This document shows, piece by piece, positions 62,888 to 64,000 of a stretch of DNA of 64,000 nt; the stretch's first letter is position 1, and every line of letters begins with the position of its first letter. Origin of the DNA: a virus. Position numbers and translations under genes: made by a program. The stretch lies in IMG/VR virus record IMGVR_UViG_3300030019_000030. One strand, given 5' to 3'. The notes under the pieces were generated by a model, which worked only from the letters and a program-made list of their open reading frames with translations, searched no databases and was not told where the DNA came from.

Positions 62888-64000
62888 GTGGACAATTCAA
62901 AGTATATTTTTTTCAATAAAGAAGGGTTTCCTCACAATTTTACATACAATAAATATTCTGAAAGTTGGAATGGTAAAATAATATTTGATGAAAATTCAGA
63001 TCAGACATTTAAAACACAAAGTTTATATATGTTTGAAAGTGTTAATCCAATAGATTTTACTGTTCCTGCAAATTTACTATCAATGAACTATAACAATAAT
63101 AGTGGAATGACAATTTCAGGATTATCTAAATCTGGTGATACTATTTATCAAAATGAAACAATAACCAACATAACAAAAGTCAATGATTCTACTGATTTTT
63201 ATTCTAAGTGGATATATGGAATAGATTTTCATAAAAAATTCCCAGTAGGTACAGTGATTAATTTTTCAGGTATAACAAACTCATCAGATTTTAGTAATGA
63301 TAAATACTTCAATGTATTATCAGTTAAAAAGAACGCTTTTTTAATTATAACAAATACAAGTAATGACATTTTCAATTATACATTTTCATCTGGTACAACA
63401 AGTTCATTAAACATGATTTCTATTAATGATTATAATAGAAAATTATCAGATAATAATTTATTAATTCAAAATTTATATTCAGGAAAAGTTTTTTCATTAA
63501 TAAACACTACACATAATGATGGAATTGTTAGTGTAATAGAATCTGGAACAACTAAATCATATTTAAATGAAATACAAATTGATGATGAAATAGATAAAAT
63601 TTTTACATTAACAATAGAATTATTCACTGAAAGACCAACTATTTTACAAAATAATATCATATTAAATTCTTCTTCATACAATACTGGAACTCTTAATATT
63701 GGTAAATATGCATATTTATTAGCTCCTACTACAATTTATACAGAATCAGGAATAGAGCAATCTAAAATGAACGTAATATTTGAAGATGATTTAGGTAATA
63801 AATTATTCAGTGGATATACTTTTACAATTGAATCATTAGTGACAGACAATATTTTAGGCGATAAATTTTTGAATTTCAAGACATTTTACGATTCATCTAA
63901 TGTAAAATATAAATCATATAGTGTAACTAGTAATACAACACAATGGAACACTATTCAATTTGAAGGAACATTAGATATTAAAATTGGTAGTATAATACAA
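62888..64000 (+). CDS. Large putative structural protein, runs off window end
   Basis: Not in ORF track; GTG start MDNSKYIFFNKEGFPHNF..., frame appears open toward the window end; preceded by TTTTTATATATA. Confidence 0.7.
   Translation, partial: MDNSKYIFFNKEGFPHNFTYNKYSESWNGKIIFDENSDQTFKTQSLYMFESVNPIDFTVPANLLSMNYNNNSGMTISGLSKSGDTIYQNETITNITKVNDSTDFYSKWIYGIDFHKKFPVGTVINFSGITNSSDFSNDKYFNVLSVKKNAFLIITNTSNDIFNYTFSSGTTSSLNMISINDYNRKLSDNNLLIQNLYSGKVFSLINTTHNDGIVSVIESGTTKSYLNEIQIDDEIDKIFTLTIELFTERPTILQNNIILNSSSYNTGTLNIGKYAYLLAPTTIYTESGIEQSKMNVIFEDDLGNKLFSGYTFTIESLVTDNILGDKFLNFKTFYDSSNVKYKSYSVTSNTTQWNTIQFEGTLDIKIGSIIQ

Noticed and set aside
540-63681. Many short ORF-track entries antisense to or nested in long genes (e.g. 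540, 2396, 2863, 4497, 6493, 7547, 8132, 9187, 9199, 9255, 12370, 14863, 19343, 20233, 21854-22794, 27511, 33876, 44875, 57042, 63466)
   Set aside because: Shadow ORFs of well-supported genes, with no motifs or independent start signals.
1-64000. Alternative genetic code (stop-codon reassignment, as in some Bacteroidota phages)
   Set aside because: Long genes are intact in code 11, and TAA, TAG and TGA all end genes at expected positions; only one isolated internal TAA was found.
1-64000. tRNA, rRNA, self-splicing introns or inteins (including in nrdJ, dnaB, recA)
   Set aside because: No cloverleaf or T-loop signatures were noticed, and the three genes are of ordinary length with no intein motifs seen; a covariance-model search was not possible.

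Overview
This is a very AT-rich, densely coding 64-kb segment of a large tailed (jumbo, T4-like myovirus-type) bacteriophage genome read in the standard genetic code. The host is most likely a member of Bacteroidota, because several genes carry the TTTG-N19-20-TAnnTTTG promoter. Recognisable modules: (1) contractile tail (tube, 1200-aa sheath, baseplate wedge/hub, a gp5-like spike fused to M23 and SleB-type hydrolases, fibre-like proteins); (2) replication, recombination and nucleotide genes (class II RNR, DnaB/gp41-like helicase, RecA/UvsX, an SbcD-like protein lacking its metal ligands); (3) accessory genes (ECF sigma factor, rhomboid protease, MoxR AAA + VWA pair, HldE kinase, GGCT, DeoC-like, GH19 lysin, Nudix, DnaJ, methyltransferases, HNH cassette). 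The most striking unexplained structure is a set of peptide tags on otherwise unrelated small proteins. About 24 ORFs begin with an M-K-Y-L-K-x-F-E / M-K-K-F-x-E-F-I-x-E leader resembling the T4 capsid-targeting sequence. 18 ORFs (17 of them with that leader) end in K-[FY]-N-[LI]-stop (KFRI in one). A separate set of 9 ORFs without the leader ends in R-K-x-K-[LI]-x-x-[IL]. Tagged cargoes include SH3/KOW-like barrels, two ADP-ribosyltransferase-like proteins, a Nudix hydrolase, a fragment resembling a defence-type ABC ATPase, and miniature paralogs of tail sheath and tube. This suggests an address-tag system for virion-packaged or sorted effectors. All product calls come from motif recognition by eye; no database searches were run. 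No tRNA, rRNA or CRISPR array was seen.
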